The translations under genes and the position numbers were made by a program. From Scyliorhinus canicula (lineage: Eukaryota), in assembly GCF_902713615.1 (NCBI RefSeq), contig NC_052155.1, positions 172,583,828 to 172,647,827 on the forward strand: a stretch of 64,000 bases of DNA. Reading direction: 5' to 3'. Numbering within the stretch: the stretch's first letter is position 1; each line of letters opens with the position of its first letter. This document shows positions 12,798 to 25,896 of the stretch, in pieces. The notes under the pieces are model-generated. The model saw only the letters and a program-made list of their open reading frames with translations. It made no database searches and was not told the origin of the DNA.

Positions 12798-13857
12798 CGA
12801 GGCAGTGTGATAAGGGCTGTTCAGATAAGGTGAATGTCATTTGTTTGGACGAAGTGCTGAAAGTCCTCTCCAGTGAAAGGACGTTTGTCAGGCAATATTA
12901 CTTCGGGAAGGCCACGGGTAGCAAACATTCGCCATAGGGCCACTACTGTGACTGCCGAGGCTGTTACTCCCATCTCTTGAACCTCCAACCACTTTGGGCG
13001 TTGACCAAAACGCAGAACATTTTGCCCAAGAAAGGGCCAACAAGGTTCACATGTACCTTTGTCCATGGGTGGCTAGGCCACCCTCATCATGGAGGTTGGC
13101 TGTAGGTGGCAGCATCCGCTCTGTCTGGCAGAGGCCCCACGGGCACCATGTTCAGTATCCTTATCTATGCCAAGCCACCAAATGAGTGAGTATTTTCAGT
13201 TTTGCCAGGCCTAGTTGGGCACAATGCAATTCTTGCAAGAACAGCTCCTGGGCTGGTGGTGGTACGACCACTCGAGAGCCCCAGAAAATGACTCCATCCT
13301 TGCAACTGAGTTCATCCTTAAGATTAAAGTAAGGCCTTAATTGGTCAGATTTATCATGGTGCCACCTGGTTAAGATCATGTGTTTCACTTTGGACAGGAC
13401 TGGGTCACATTTTGTCCAATTCTTTGTGACCAGACAAAACTTGCAATGTGTTCAAAAAGTACATGCCAGGATGATTTCCTGAGATACTGACAGCGTGCCA
13501 GGTTCTTTGGAAGTGGGAGCCGACTCAGCGCATCAGCGTTTGAAATTTGCGTGCCTGGCTTATACTGAATGATGTATTTGTAGGGCATCAACATTAAAAC
13601 CCATTGTTATAGTCTGGGAAAGACAATTGGAGGTATTGGCTCATGAAGGAGGCCCAACTTGTGGTCCATTATTGTCATGAAATATCGTCCATAAACATAC
13701 TGGTGAAATTTCTTGACACCATAGATTACGGCGAGGCCTTCTCAATCTGTGCATATTTATGCTCGGCATTAGGCCTCTCTGAGCCATCCTCCATTTTACA
13801 GATAGGACTGCCCTATCCTATATGGCAATGCAGGTCAGAATGATGGGTTTTCTCGGG

Positions 13858-14554
13858 TGTCATGGGTCTGCCCAACAACAGGTCTGCCCAGCAACAGGTA
13901 GAAATCTGCCTATCAACAGCAGTAACCAGCATTCAAAAGGCATAATGAGATGCAATTTTAAAAGTAACGAGATTCAGGTGTCTAGACAAATGATACATAG
14001 TTGTCAGAAGTGTAGAGCTAGTTTACATCTAACAGCCAGGAAGAGCAGTTTACATCTAACAGCCTGCGAGGCCGGTCTTCAATCTAACAGCCAGGTTCAA
14101 AGGCTACAATCTAAGTCTTCGAGCCAAAGACGTGCAGAAACCTTTATAAAGACAGTTTAAATATCTTTGCTAGACCAGGAAAAAAATGTTTCCTCGTCTT
14201 GACTATCAATCCTGTAATGTCTGGTAACTATAAGCTGAATTTGACTTCCAGATTTACTTAATTTGGACATTGTTTGGCGATGACTTATGGGGTCCAGGCA
14301 TCATAGATATAGTTTGGAACAAGGGGTGCATTCTACATAAACTGTGTGTGTGTTTAGTGATTCATATACTTAATTTCCTAAAGTATTGTAGTCCTGTTTG
14401 TGTATATTTGTCTTTTCTTTAATAAATATGACTTGGCTGGTTATTCTTACTGGGGCTTCAATCACACCATTCTGAAAACAAAACTATGCACCCCCACAAA
14501 GCGGCGTTCCAAGTTGGGATATCCTCGCAGATGCCATCAGCGTGGTTTGTGACA
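13858..14554. mobile_element. Solo LTR inserted in Gypsy pol
   Basis: TGTCA...TGACA ends; TSD CGGG/CAGG; removing it restores LVHFDPRKPIIL on the - strand. Confidence 0.75.
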
Positions 14555-14679
14555 CAGGTCAAAGTGAACCAATAGATTTGATAATTGTAGGACCCACTGA
14601 GCGTGTTGGAAGACTTGCTCCTATGGTTTCTTAGGAACAATGGAAACGTTGGTATTTTCTTTTTTTTTCTTTCTTTTTT

Positions 14680-14836
14680 TTAATAAATTTAGATTACCCA
14701 ATTATTTTTTCCAATTAAGGGGCTTTTTAGCATGGCCAATCCACCTACTCTGCACATTTTTGGGTTGTGGGGGCGAAACCCACGCAGACACAGGGAGAAT
14801 GTGCAAACTCCACACGGACAGTGACCCAGAGCCGGG
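14680..14836 (-). mobile_element. HE1-related SINE, short form, head truncated
   Basis: Core and A-rich tail; degenerate flanking repeat AACGTTG.TATTTT. Confidence 0.85.
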
Positions 14837-16860
14837 AACGTTGATATTTTCTTAACAGCATGTATAATGGTGCCACTGTCGTTGCTAGGTAGGGGGTAAA
14901 ATGTCAATAATAGTTTACCATCCCTTAGAAGGACTTTAATTCTACCAATTTCTTAAGTGCCGGGACTTTTCTTATGGCTCTCACCTCATCTTCGAATGAG
15001 TGCAGGCCTCTTTAATCCACTCTGAACCATAAGTAAGTGACCTTACTAGTCTGGAAAGTGCACTTCTCGTATTTCAGTTGGATTCCCGCAGCGCTGAATC
15101 TTAGCACCTTTTCTGAGCTTGCCAGGGGCTCCTCATGTGATATCCCTGTTACCAGGACATCATCCATGTGGATGACCACCTTTGGGATGCCCTGTGTAAA
15201 TTTTCCATTGTGCGCTGGAATATCGCACAGGCCGAGGAGATGCCGTAGGGTAAGCTGGCATATTGAAGCAGGTCTTTATACGTGTTAATTGTCGCAAGCT
15301 TTTGGGAATCTTCATCTAGTTCTAGCTACAAGTAGGCATGACTGAGGTGGAGTTTGGTGTACATGTGCCACCCCCCCTCCCGCCAACTTTGTATAAAGAT
15401 CTCAATTCGCATGAAACTGCGTATTTATCTACTCGGGGGCTGCCTGGTTGATTGTAAGCTAGCCATCCCTGCATATCCTAACTCAGCAGGCCAATTTTAA
15501 TACGGGGCAATGGAGGCTGCCCATTCTGAAAACTGCACGGGTCTGATAATTCCCATTCTTCAAGGTGTTTCAAGTTTGACTTCCGCTTTTTGATGCAAAG
15601 CGTAAGGGTACCGGGCTCGCTCTGTAACACCTTGGTATTAAGTTTGGGTTAAAATAAATCTTGGTCCTTACTCCTTTTATTCAACCCAACGCGTTCCGCA
15701 ACATGTCTTTATATTTGCATAAGACTTCCTGGAAGACACTGTCCGGGATTTTGAAAATTTCCAACCAGTTCAACTTGATTTGGTGCAACTAATCCCACCC
15801 CATAAGACCTGGTCCATAACCCTTGACAATTATCATAGGTAGCTGGACTTGACACTGGAGTCACAGTTGTTCCTAAAACCTTCAGGGTCGCCCCCGTATA
15901 TGTCGCCAACTTGGCTGTTGTGTCACTCAAGTTCAAAGACTGAATGCCTCCTTGAAGGTATTTAAACAGCTTTTCACCCACAACCATGGCCAGTAGTGTC
16001 AACCTGCATCTTTAGTTATCTTGCACTTACTGTGAGGACTATCGCTGTTTGGCTTACTTTCACCAAGTTTAATTTGTACATTCCCGGTTCTTCATCTGAA
16101 TTCCTCTCCACTTGATTTGCTAGAGCCATGACTTGCTGCTTTTAAAAAAGAATTCTGCTCTCTGCCTGGTGTGGCAGTGTGCCTGGATGTTGCTCTTCCT
16201 ATTGCACCAAAAACAAATAAACTCTCTGCACTAGCACGATTCTCCCCACATCGATAGAAACTGTCTTGACTTCTGGGCTGACAGCTCTATTTCTTTGCTG
16301 GCCACCGACTACAATCCTGTTCCTGGGATCGTGGTTGAACTTTCTCTATGCTTGTCTTGCCTTGCAGCCATGACACCCCACAACTGGTTCACCTCACCCT
16401 CTTGCACGCTCTGACATGCTCCCTCTCTCCGCACTCAGTTGCCTGAACAATCTCGATTACCCGGTCTAGGGTAATCTTCGTTTCAGCCAGAAGATTCTTT
16501 TGCTCACTTGAGTTGTTAATATTGCATATTAAACTATCACGTCGCCAAGTGCTGCACCAAGCTCACAATGTTCGGCCATTGCGAGAGTCTGGCAACGAAA
16601 GCGGAGATCTGTTCTCCTGGATCCCTGACATCCGAGTTAAACTTGTATCTCTGTGGTATGATCGAGGGTCTGGGTTGAAATGCTCCCTGACCAGCTTCAC
16701 CACTGTTCAAATGATATCAAGTCAGGAGCCTCCTGGGACATCAAAGTTCTTACAAGGTTGTTGGCCCACAAACTGTCAATAGGATAACTTTCTGTTTATC
16801 CTCCCCTGTTATTTCATTTGCCGCAAAGAAGTAACAGAGCCGCTCAATCATATTGGCTCC

Positions 16861-16898
<38 letters not shown>

Positions 16899-16993
16899 AC
16901 CCTCGGTCAAATGGCATTTTTCACTCTGTTGAATGATATTGTCAATGCTTCCTGACTTCTCTGTTCATTTTGGAGGCTTCTCCCTTACCCTTG

Positions 16994-17581
16994 TGGCATG
17001 TGAGAGTACCTTTAAGAAATTGAGGTTTATAAAATAGCTGTAGTGGATGTACCTTTAAGAAATGGGTGTTTATCAGTGATGTCAGAGTGTGGGTGGAGCT
17101 GGGCTGTCTGTCTCTTTTACTTTCACTTTGGGCTTGCAGCTACATGGTGTGTTTGGTTTCGTTTTAAATTTGGAGAAGCTGCAGTCACAGCAAGATGTGT
17201 ACGAATCTCTGAAAGCTTATGAATGTTGATTTGGTGATTTCAAAGTGGTAACTGTTCTCAGTAGTGAAGCTAAACCTGATGTCTTTCTGTAAACAGGGTT
17301 TTTTGCCATGTTGCAAAGAAAGATTAAGAGTTACTCAGAGTACTGTATTTTATGGGGGATTTATTGGTGTTGATAGTTGTTAAGATGTTTACTGTGGGCT
17401 TATAAAGTGTTAACTGGTTTCATAAATAAACATTGTTTTAATTTAAAAGTACTGTAGATTTCTGTTGCATCACACCTGCAGAGTGGCCCGGAGTGCTCCC
17501 CATAAGCACAAACTATTCAAAGTTGTGGGTCAGGTGAACTTCATGATACACTTTGGGGTTCTCTAAACCCTGGCCCAAACA
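16994..17581 (+). mobile_element. Solo LTR
   Basis: TG...CA ends, 4-bp TSD CTTG on both sides, internal AATAAA at about 17425. Confidence 0.75.
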
Positions 17582-17938
17582 CTTGAATTCAACGACTGTG
17601 GGCCTGCAATACATCCGGCGTATACACGTTACCAATGTGGTGATTTGAGGCAATACCAGGTAGACTTCAGTATGAAGGAAAGAAGGTTTTATTGACAACT
17701 AACAAGGGTAACTTATATACAGGTACAGAGTCTCTATACAGGTCTTCACACTCTGGCTCCAGGGTTCACTTTGATCAGGACCCTGCTCCCCAGGCCCCTC
17801 GCCTTTTCCCATCGGTTGGGGTTCACAAACTCCTGCACGATGGGCTCAGAGCCAGTCACATGGACCCGCCCCTTCTAGGGATTACACTGCACACAAATTG
17901 GGAACAGTTGGGGCTCAAGTACTGATCTTTGTGGTACC

Positions 17939-18342
17939 TGATGTGTTGGGCTGGCTGGGTCGATGTGGACTGTACTTGATGCAGTGTAGCGAGAGACAGA
18001 CTTCCAACACTTGATGAGATGCAACACGATTTTATTTAACATCTGAACTATAATACATGTTAAACTGTGGGTTGACACTATGCTGACTTGAAGGGAAACC
18101 TGACACTAGCCTGACCAGACTTACTAGCTACCACATGGTGTTTGCACTGGCTAGCTCAAGAGCTCTGACTGTCTCAGAGGCTTGGTCCCGAGAGAGAGAG
18201 GGAAAACTGGTGCCCTCTGGCTTTATAGTGGTCGTGTCCTGTCTGGTGATTGGCTGCTCTCTTCTGTGTGCTTACCGGTCATCCTGTGTGTCAATCACTG
18301 CCTGTCTGCACTCCATTATATACATAGATGTATATTATGACA
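17939..18342 (-). mobile_element. Solo LTR-like insertion in CR1
   Basis: TG...CA ends; flanks GTACC/GTATC; CR1 sequence resumes afterwards. Confidence 0.6.
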
Positions 18343-18474
18343 GTATCTACTAGTCACAGCCTGCCAATGCAAGAATGACCCATTTGTTCCTACTTTCTGT
18401 TTTATACTTGTTAGCTTTCCAGTTTATTACATTCTACCCCAATGTGCTTTTAATTTGATAACCAACCTCTTCCA

Positions 18475-18652
18475 GGGGCTGGTTTAGCTCACTGAGCTAA
18501 ATCGCTGGCTTTTAAAGCAGGCCAGCAGCACGGTTCGATTCCCATACCAGCCTCCCCGGACAGGCGATAGAATGTGGCGACTAGGGGCTTTTCACAGTAA
18601 CTTCATTGAAGCCTACTTGTGACAATAAGCGATTTTCATTTCATTTTCATTT
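18475..18652 (+). mobile_element. tRNA-derived SINE of a different family
   Basis: GGGGCTGGTTTAGCTCA A-box, GGTTCGATTCC B-box, (TTTCA)n tail. Confidence 0.8.
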
Positions 18653-21600
18653 CCTCTAGGAAACTTTGTCAAATTCCTTTTGAAAATTCAAGTATCCCAT
18701 ATCCACCAATTTCACCCTTTACCATTGTTATTAGTAACATCCTCAAAAAACCCAACAGGTTCGTCAAACATGATTCCCCATTCATAAATCTATGTTGACT
18801 ATGCCTAACCAAATTATTATCCAAATGTCCATTTATCACATATTTTCTAGCATTTTCCCTATTACTGATGTAAGACTAACAGGTCTGGAGTTCCCTGTTT
18901 TCTCTCTCCCTCCCTTCTGAAATAGTGAGGTGACATGTGCCACCTTCCAATTTGCAGGGACTGTTCAAGAATATGTAGAATTTTGGAAGATGATCACCAA
19001 AGAATCCACTATCTCCACAGCTACCTCTTTTAGCACTGGGATGTGGAATATCAGGACCAGGGGACTTATCAAACTTCAATTCCATTAATTTATCCAATAC
19101 AATCTTCTTACTAACAGTAATTTCCGGATTTCCTTTTCTGGGAGAATTCTTGTATCTTACTCAGTGAAGATAGACACAAGGTAATCATTTAACTTCTGTT
19201 CCCTATTATAAGTTCTGACTCTGCCTGTAATGGACCCACATTTGTCTTGGTCAAACCTTGCCTTTTTATGTACCTATAGAAGCTTATACAGACCGTATAT
19301 CTTTGCTAGTTTACATTCATATTGTATTCTCCCTTTCTTTATCAGTTTCTTGATCCTTCTTTGTTGTATTCTAAAATGCTCCCAATCCTCAGGTTTACTA
19401 CTATTTCAGGCAACTTCATAGGCCTTTTCTTTTAAATTTATATACTCCTTCCTTTGTTCGCCCTCATTGACTGACTTTTCTTTTGTGATTTTGTGCTTTG
19501 AAGGAATGTATAATTACTGAAAACTAATAACTGTTCAAAGACAATCTATCACACATGTACCATCAAACATTCTCCATGGGGAGAATGGGATCAAAGCTAT
19601 GGGGAGAAAGCAGGGTTAGGCTATTGAGTTGGATGATCAGCCATGATCATGATGAATGGCGGAGAAGGCTCGAAGGGCCAAAAGGCCGCCTCCTGCTCCT
19701 ATCTTCCATGTATCTATCTAAACCTTTTAATTTATTTTCCAATCCACGTCATACAATTTGCCCCTCATACCTTCATATTGTTTTTGTTAAAATTTAATAC
19801 CCTGGCTTTCAAACATAAAGAAAATGTTATCATATTATGGTCACTCATCGCGGAAGATTATTTTACAACAAGATTATTAATTAGCCCTTTCCCGTTACAT
19901 GATACTAGATATAAAATAGCCTGTTCTCTAGTCGGTGCCTCAACATACTGCTCTAGAAAGCCATCCCCAACACACTCTAGAAAGTCATCCTCCACAGATT
20001 TAGTGCTCATTAGATTTTCCCAGTCTATGCAGATTGAAATCACCCACGATTACTGTATTATCTATGCTATATGCTTCTTTAATCTTCTGATTAATACTAT
20101 GCCTTAGTCTAACACTACTGTTTGAGTACTATGAATAATTCCTACCATTGTTTGCACCCTTTGCTGTTTCTTTGCTCGAGACAAACAGAATTTGCATTTT
20201 GTTCTTCCGATCCAAGATCCTCCCTTCCTAATGCTGATTCCATCTCTTATTATAAGTGTAGCACCATCTCTTTTTCCTTTTTCCTGTCCTTCCTAAATGT
20301 CAAATATCCTTTAATATTCAGTTCCCGTTGGACACTCTGTAGCTACGTTTTTGTAATGCCAATTATATCATGAACCTTTACCTCTATTTGTGCCTTTAAA
20401 CCATCTACCTTGGTACAAATGCTGTGTGCATTTAGGTAGAGTGCCCTTAATTTTGTCTTTTCACCATTATCCTGAATTCTAAGCTTAATTGCTGCTCATC
20501 TTTGTTTTGCCTGCTATCTCATTCACTTACTACTTTTCTACTTACTGATACCGGCTTTACTTCCTTCCAATCTGAGCCACCCTTCAACTCCCATCCCCCT
20601 TACAAGCTAGTTTGAATCTTCATCAACTGCACTAGCAAATCTCCCTGTGAGGATATTAGTCCCAGTCCTGTTAAGGTGTAACCCATCCAGTTTCTACACC
20701 TCCCAGCCACCCCAGAACCGGTCTCGATACCTCAGAAATCTAATGCCCTCCCTCCTACACCAATTCTCCAGCCACGTGTTCAATCGCTCGATCCTTCCTA
20801 TGCCCATGAGCATGTGATACTGGGAATAATCCTGAGTTCTGTCTGATCCCCTGACTATTGAATCCCCTATCACTATTTCTCTTCCATTTTTTCCCCTCCT
20901 GCGCACCTGAGTCACCCATGGTGCCATGGACTCGGCTGCACTCCGCTAAGGAACCATCGTCCTCATCAGTATCCAAAATGGAAACCGCTGAAGTAGCAAG
21001 ATAGAATTGGGGACACTTGCACCACCTGCCTGTACTATCCACATTGTTCTCTTATCAAGGATGCATAACAGTGTTCTGAAACTCAAAGCTGAACCTTCTG
21101 CAGCAGGTGACGCTTCTTGCAGATCTGCTGTTATAGGATAACATGGTGCATCCATGACTCGCATACCGCAGAATGTACATTCCACCTAGCTGAACTGACC
21201 TGCCATACCGTAACTTTAAAAACTGTTCTTGTTACTTGAATACAGGAAGTCCCCACTCAACGCATCTCACAAAATGTAATTTGCATTAAGGTAGCTCTCC
21301 AATTATAAGCTAGCATTTGTCTTGTATTGCTGCTTTATTGGCTCAATGTCGTCATACACCTAGACATCCCTTTGTGACTTCCATGTTGAGCCTGCGAGAG
21401 ATGGGTCTCGGGGCTTGGATAAGATGATGAGGAAGCAATATTGGGAAGGGGATTTGAGCTTCAGACACCATGTATGTATTGCGTCATTTTTTTTGCTTAA
21501 CATCGTTTATCAGTTTCTGGAAAATGAAGTGACAACTTCCACGATGTTCCTCTTCCCACAAAAAAGTTCTGACTCTGACAATCAGCTTCAGGGCTGGACT

Positions 21601-22784
21601 TTTGCTACCAAGGAGGGTAGGTCGAATAGGGAAACTCCCAACTCAGCAGATCTGCTTCAGTGGGAAGTTCCCTAGATGACCCAATTTTTGTGCTGGGGGT
21701 GTTAGGGCAGGGTTTGCAATGGTGTTGGGCCTGCAACCCCAGAGCAGATTGGAGATGGATAAGTGCTGCCTGCCTTGGTTCTGTGGTGCTTAGACCCGAC
21801 TATTTAGTTTAATTTTGGTCCTTTAGCCTCCACTCATCACATCCTACCCACTTGCCATGCCTCCATACCAACCAATGCCAAGCCATGGCTCCCAACCACC
21901 CTTATGGTCCCTTATAACCCCGGTGCCAACTCATCTCTGTGATGCCCCCCTTCTGAAATGCCTTCTAAAGACCCACCGCCATGGCTTGAATTTCCCTGTA
22001 CTTTATATTTATCAGATTTCTCTCTTCTATTATAAGGACCAAAGCTAAATATTCAAGTGGCTGTGTCCTTATGCCATCCTCTATTACTGCAAGACCTAAC
22101 TCTGCTTTACCATATTCTTTATTTTCAAGGACAAAAAATAAATATTTGTATCTTTATGTTCTCCTTCTTTACTCTCCATATTATTTCCGTGACCATTTCC
22201 TGTTGCTTTCTACAACTTTCCAACCTCATCTCTCTTTAAATGTGTATTCTACTTTGTTTAAATTTTGTAAATTAATTTGCACTGTCTCAGAATTAGCTCT
22301 TCTGCTTTTCAGAATTTATAAACTCTGCATTATAAATTGTTTTATAATGCACTTAAAATAATTTGAAATTCATAATATTTTTAGAGCTTAATTATTTTTG
22401 GGTGATGTAAATACAGTCCATTAAATTGGTTAGAAGAGGTGTGAAACAAAAGAAATCGTATGCGGATGTCTTTTATTTTTCTCCTTTATCATAATCTGGT
22501 GACATTTTAAAGCCTAACATTTCAAATATAAGAGACATTATAGAAGTAAGATTAGTGAAACATTCACGATAGTAGTCAAAAACACAAATAATTTCATTGT
22601 TAAATTTAAGTATGTTATTGTAAAATAAGTTTAAAAAACAAAAATTCTGTCATGCCTGTGACCTTTTATTTGTAGTTGAAATAGAAAATGCTGAAAATAC
22701 TCAGCAGGCCAGGTCGCATTAGAGACGAGTGAAAGAAAATTAATGTTTTAGGTCAGTGACCTTTCAGGTTGATGACTTTAAAAA

Positions 22785-23002
22785 AAAAATTTAGAGTACC
22801 CAATTCATTTTTTCCAATTAAGGGCAATTTAGCGTAGCCAATCCACCTAGCCTGCACATGTTTGGGTTGTGGGAGCGAAACCCACGCAAACACGGGGAGA
22901 ATGTGCAAACTCCACATGGACAGTGACCCAGAGCCGGGATCGAACCTGGGACCTCGGCACCATGAGGCAGCAGGGCTAACCCACTGCGCCACCGTGCTGC
23001 CC
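22785..23002 (-). mobile_element. HE1-related SINE, short form
   Basis: Full-length; TSD AGGTTGATGACTTT; inserted in a Penelope-like remnant (about 22680-22770). Confidence 0.9.
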
Positions 23003-23939
23003 AGGTTGATGACTTTTAAAACTATATTATCAAACTAAGAAAAAGTCAGATAAAAAAAAATAAAATTTAAGTGTTTTGAATTATTTGATTAGTTCACCTT
23101 CTCTTTCTCTCATTGATTAATAGAAAAAGGACAGCCAATTAGATCGCTCCCACAGATAAGAGTTATATTCTAATATAACAAATGGCCTAGTTCCAATTTC
23201 CAGCCTCTGGTTTTATAATCAAACTAAATAATTAAAACGTAACGTAGAAAGGAAAGAGAGGAAGGTCATGTATTCTGAAACAAGGCTTCGAGCCGTGGCT
23301 CTTGCCTTGCGTCACTCCATTGACAGTTCCAAAATCATTTGTGCTATGCTAACAGATAATTCTTGTATATTTCTGTTGTGTTGAACTTATGGTCCAGTGA
23401 GGTTCCTCCCAAAAATAAAGTTGGTTGGAAATTTTAAATCAAAACTGACTCAGCTTAGAATTTATATGACTTTTGAAATCATTTTTGTGGTTAAAGAATA
23501 TCCTTTGTTAGTAGGTTTTGGATTGAGTTATGGTGGTGAAATAACTTGTTTACATTGTGCATTTCAGTCTCTCAATGTGCTTTGTTTTAACTAACTGCAT
23601 TTGCAGCACAATGCTATTCAGTAACTTTTCAGCCAAATTGTGGACAGCAAGATCATACAAACCACAATTAGATAAATGGTTAGTCAACATCATGGCCACT
23701 GATGGAGGCCAGAAATACCAGATAAACCAACCTTCCCTGGTCTATTCACCCCCGTGCATGTGCAGACATACAAAATGGCTATGGGGCAAGTTAGGGTCTG
23801 GCTAGCCTGCTGATATAATTAAAATTAGCACAGAGCTGCAATTGCATTAATTAATTTACTGATTAAGTTTTGATGATAATTACCAATATTAACTGTACTA
23901 ACACCTAATATATATAGTAGAATAGCTCCTAGGAAAATT

Positions 23940-24200
23940 ACCAATAATAATGCCAACAAGAGTAGCAGATGCACGAAAATACCATCACATGCAAGTTGCC
24001 CTCCAAGCCACATACCATGCTGACTTGGCACTACATCACCATTCCTTCACTGTTGCTGGGTCAAAATTCTGGACCACCCTTCCAAAAATCATTGTGGAAG
24101 TACCTACATTATGGACTGCAGTGACCACTACTTTCTCAAGGGCAGTTAGGGATTGGTAATAAATGCTGGTCGAACCAGCAATGCCCACACCCCATGAAAT
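23940..24200 (+). mobile_element. Non-LTR retrotransposon 3' end fragment
   Basis: CATTCCTTCACTGTTGCTGGGTCAAAATTCTGG...GGCAGTTAGGGATTGGTAATAAATGCTGG resembles a common fish/shark LINE 3' end. Confidence 0.5.
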
Positions 24201-24259
24201 AATTTTTTTAAAAGATCAGCCTCTATGGGGATCTTAACAATGGGAAAACATGTTTTGTG

Positions 24260-25850
24260 GGAGCATTACTGCACAATATAGGGAATATATAGAAGCTGAT
24301 TCTTTTCATGTTTATGAATTCTATTTCCCTGAGCTTTGGTGAAAAGTTTCAGGTACCTTTCCTCACTAGTCTGGCAATGCTTCAACTCCGAGGAGGCTAT
24401 AACACTTTCCACAATGCCAAATTCTTCGTACAGTGGTTCTATGTCAGTCTTTTTAAGATTGCATTTGAACACCATTGCAAGATTCTTCAAAGGACATAGC
24501 ATTAGCAAGGGTTAATTTGGAAGTTCTGTTGGGAAAGCTAGTTTTCAGACAAGTCATATCTGTCTCCCAAATACCTCTTGACTCTTCTGTAGAAAGTAAT
24601 AAAGTCTCTCTTATGTTTCCTGTAGAAAGTTATAAAATCTCTCTCGTATTTTTCTGTCAGTCTGTCATTCATTGCAAAGCCAAAGATCTTTCCCGAATCC
24701 TCCTCTTATCAGCTTGTACACCGAGAGGACCCTGACTAAATTTTCAATATGCTCCATGTATATTTTCAGAACTTTGCTGAGAAAGGGAAAGTAAAGCTCA
24801 GACAATTTTTTTGCAACCATTGTTCACGATGCATCTTCAGAGTATTTTGGGGCAATCTTCCTTATCTAAATTCTGAAAGTAGATTGTCACAGGTTTCCAG
24901 TATTTCTGTAATCTGACAATAGTCGGCAGGAGGGGAAGCCACCTGGTCACATTGTGCTTCAATAGATTGCACTCCACTTCAACAAAGTCACAGAACTCCC
25001 TCAATAGATGCGTTCTGCTTATTAAAATGGTCAAGTGAACATACACCTTGAGGATGATGTTTTCCACATTAAACATCAAAGTTTCCAACAGACTATTTTA
25101 CGCAATGCAGCATGGTATTGAGCCAGTTAGCTGTAATTTAGCCTTTTTGTTTTTGGTAAACTCTTATGATTTCCGGAATTAATACTTGCATTATCAGCTA
25201 AATACATGGAAAGTCTCCCTAGACTGAGGTCGAAGAGACTGTGTTTGGATAATATTTCTGCTGCAATTTCTTCTGAGGTTTCTTGGTTATTACTATAGAA
25301 ATCCAACAGTAAACACCCCTTCTCAAAATTGAAATATCTCAAATTTAAGAGGAAGCACTTTGCTGCACCCTTGTTTGAGACATCGATTGCCAAAGAGAAT
25401 AAAAGATATTTGCTTTAATGAGGAAGTGCTTCTGTACCGAATGCGGCACTAGAATGTTCCTGGTGTTTTCAGCTCTGGTTTACCACACGTCAGGACTCTC
25501 GCCATGGAGGAGACACTGTAGATTTCTTTATCAAATTTTAGGCTGCAGTAAATAGTCTTGTAAGTTTGGCAGTGCCTCAGCAGCAGTCACTGTATCATTT
25601 TTTATTATTGCAGGCAATATAAAAAAGGATCACTGATTTTTTTTGGAAAATATTTTATTGAGGCATTTATAATTTTAAGCATTGAATTTAAAAAAAAACA
25701 AAAGCACAACAATATAACCAACAACTCCCCCACCCCACCCCAAGCACAAACCCCAGCCAACATGACACATGACATTACACAAACAGTGCTACCTTCCCCA
25801 GCCACCCCTCCATTGGTTCTCCTGCCCTTACTTGTCTCTCCCATGCCTCA

Positions 25851-25896
<46 letters not shown>

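Larger units (their letters stand above)
10809..17886 (-). mobile_element. Decayed Ty3/Gypsy LTR retrotransposon with two diverged LTRs (about 10809-11332 and 17636-17886)
   Basis: Both LTRs share GAGGCAAT.CCAGGTAGACT.CAGTATGAAGGAAAG..GGTTTTATTG; PBS-like TGGTAACG next to 17635; pol motifs YKPGTQISNADALSRLPLP, FATRGLPEVI, FQVGDLVLVRNF, RRSTGPRKPP. Confidence 0.85.
9860..21230 (-). mobile_element. Old near full-length CR1 LINE in pieces (9860-10808, 17887-17938, 18343-21230), split by a Gypsy element and other inserts
   Basis: 3' tail at about 9870-9910; reverse transcriptase remnants; endonuclease remnant DFLECVGDGFLEQYVEAPTREQAIL; ORF1 esterase motif IVIGDSIVRG and CxxC (ECTFCGM); sequence resumes across the inserts. 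Confidence 0.75.

Noticed and set aside
18475-18550. tRNA gene
   Set aside because: A and B boxes run into a SINE body and simple-repeat tail; no proper cloverleaf or terminator
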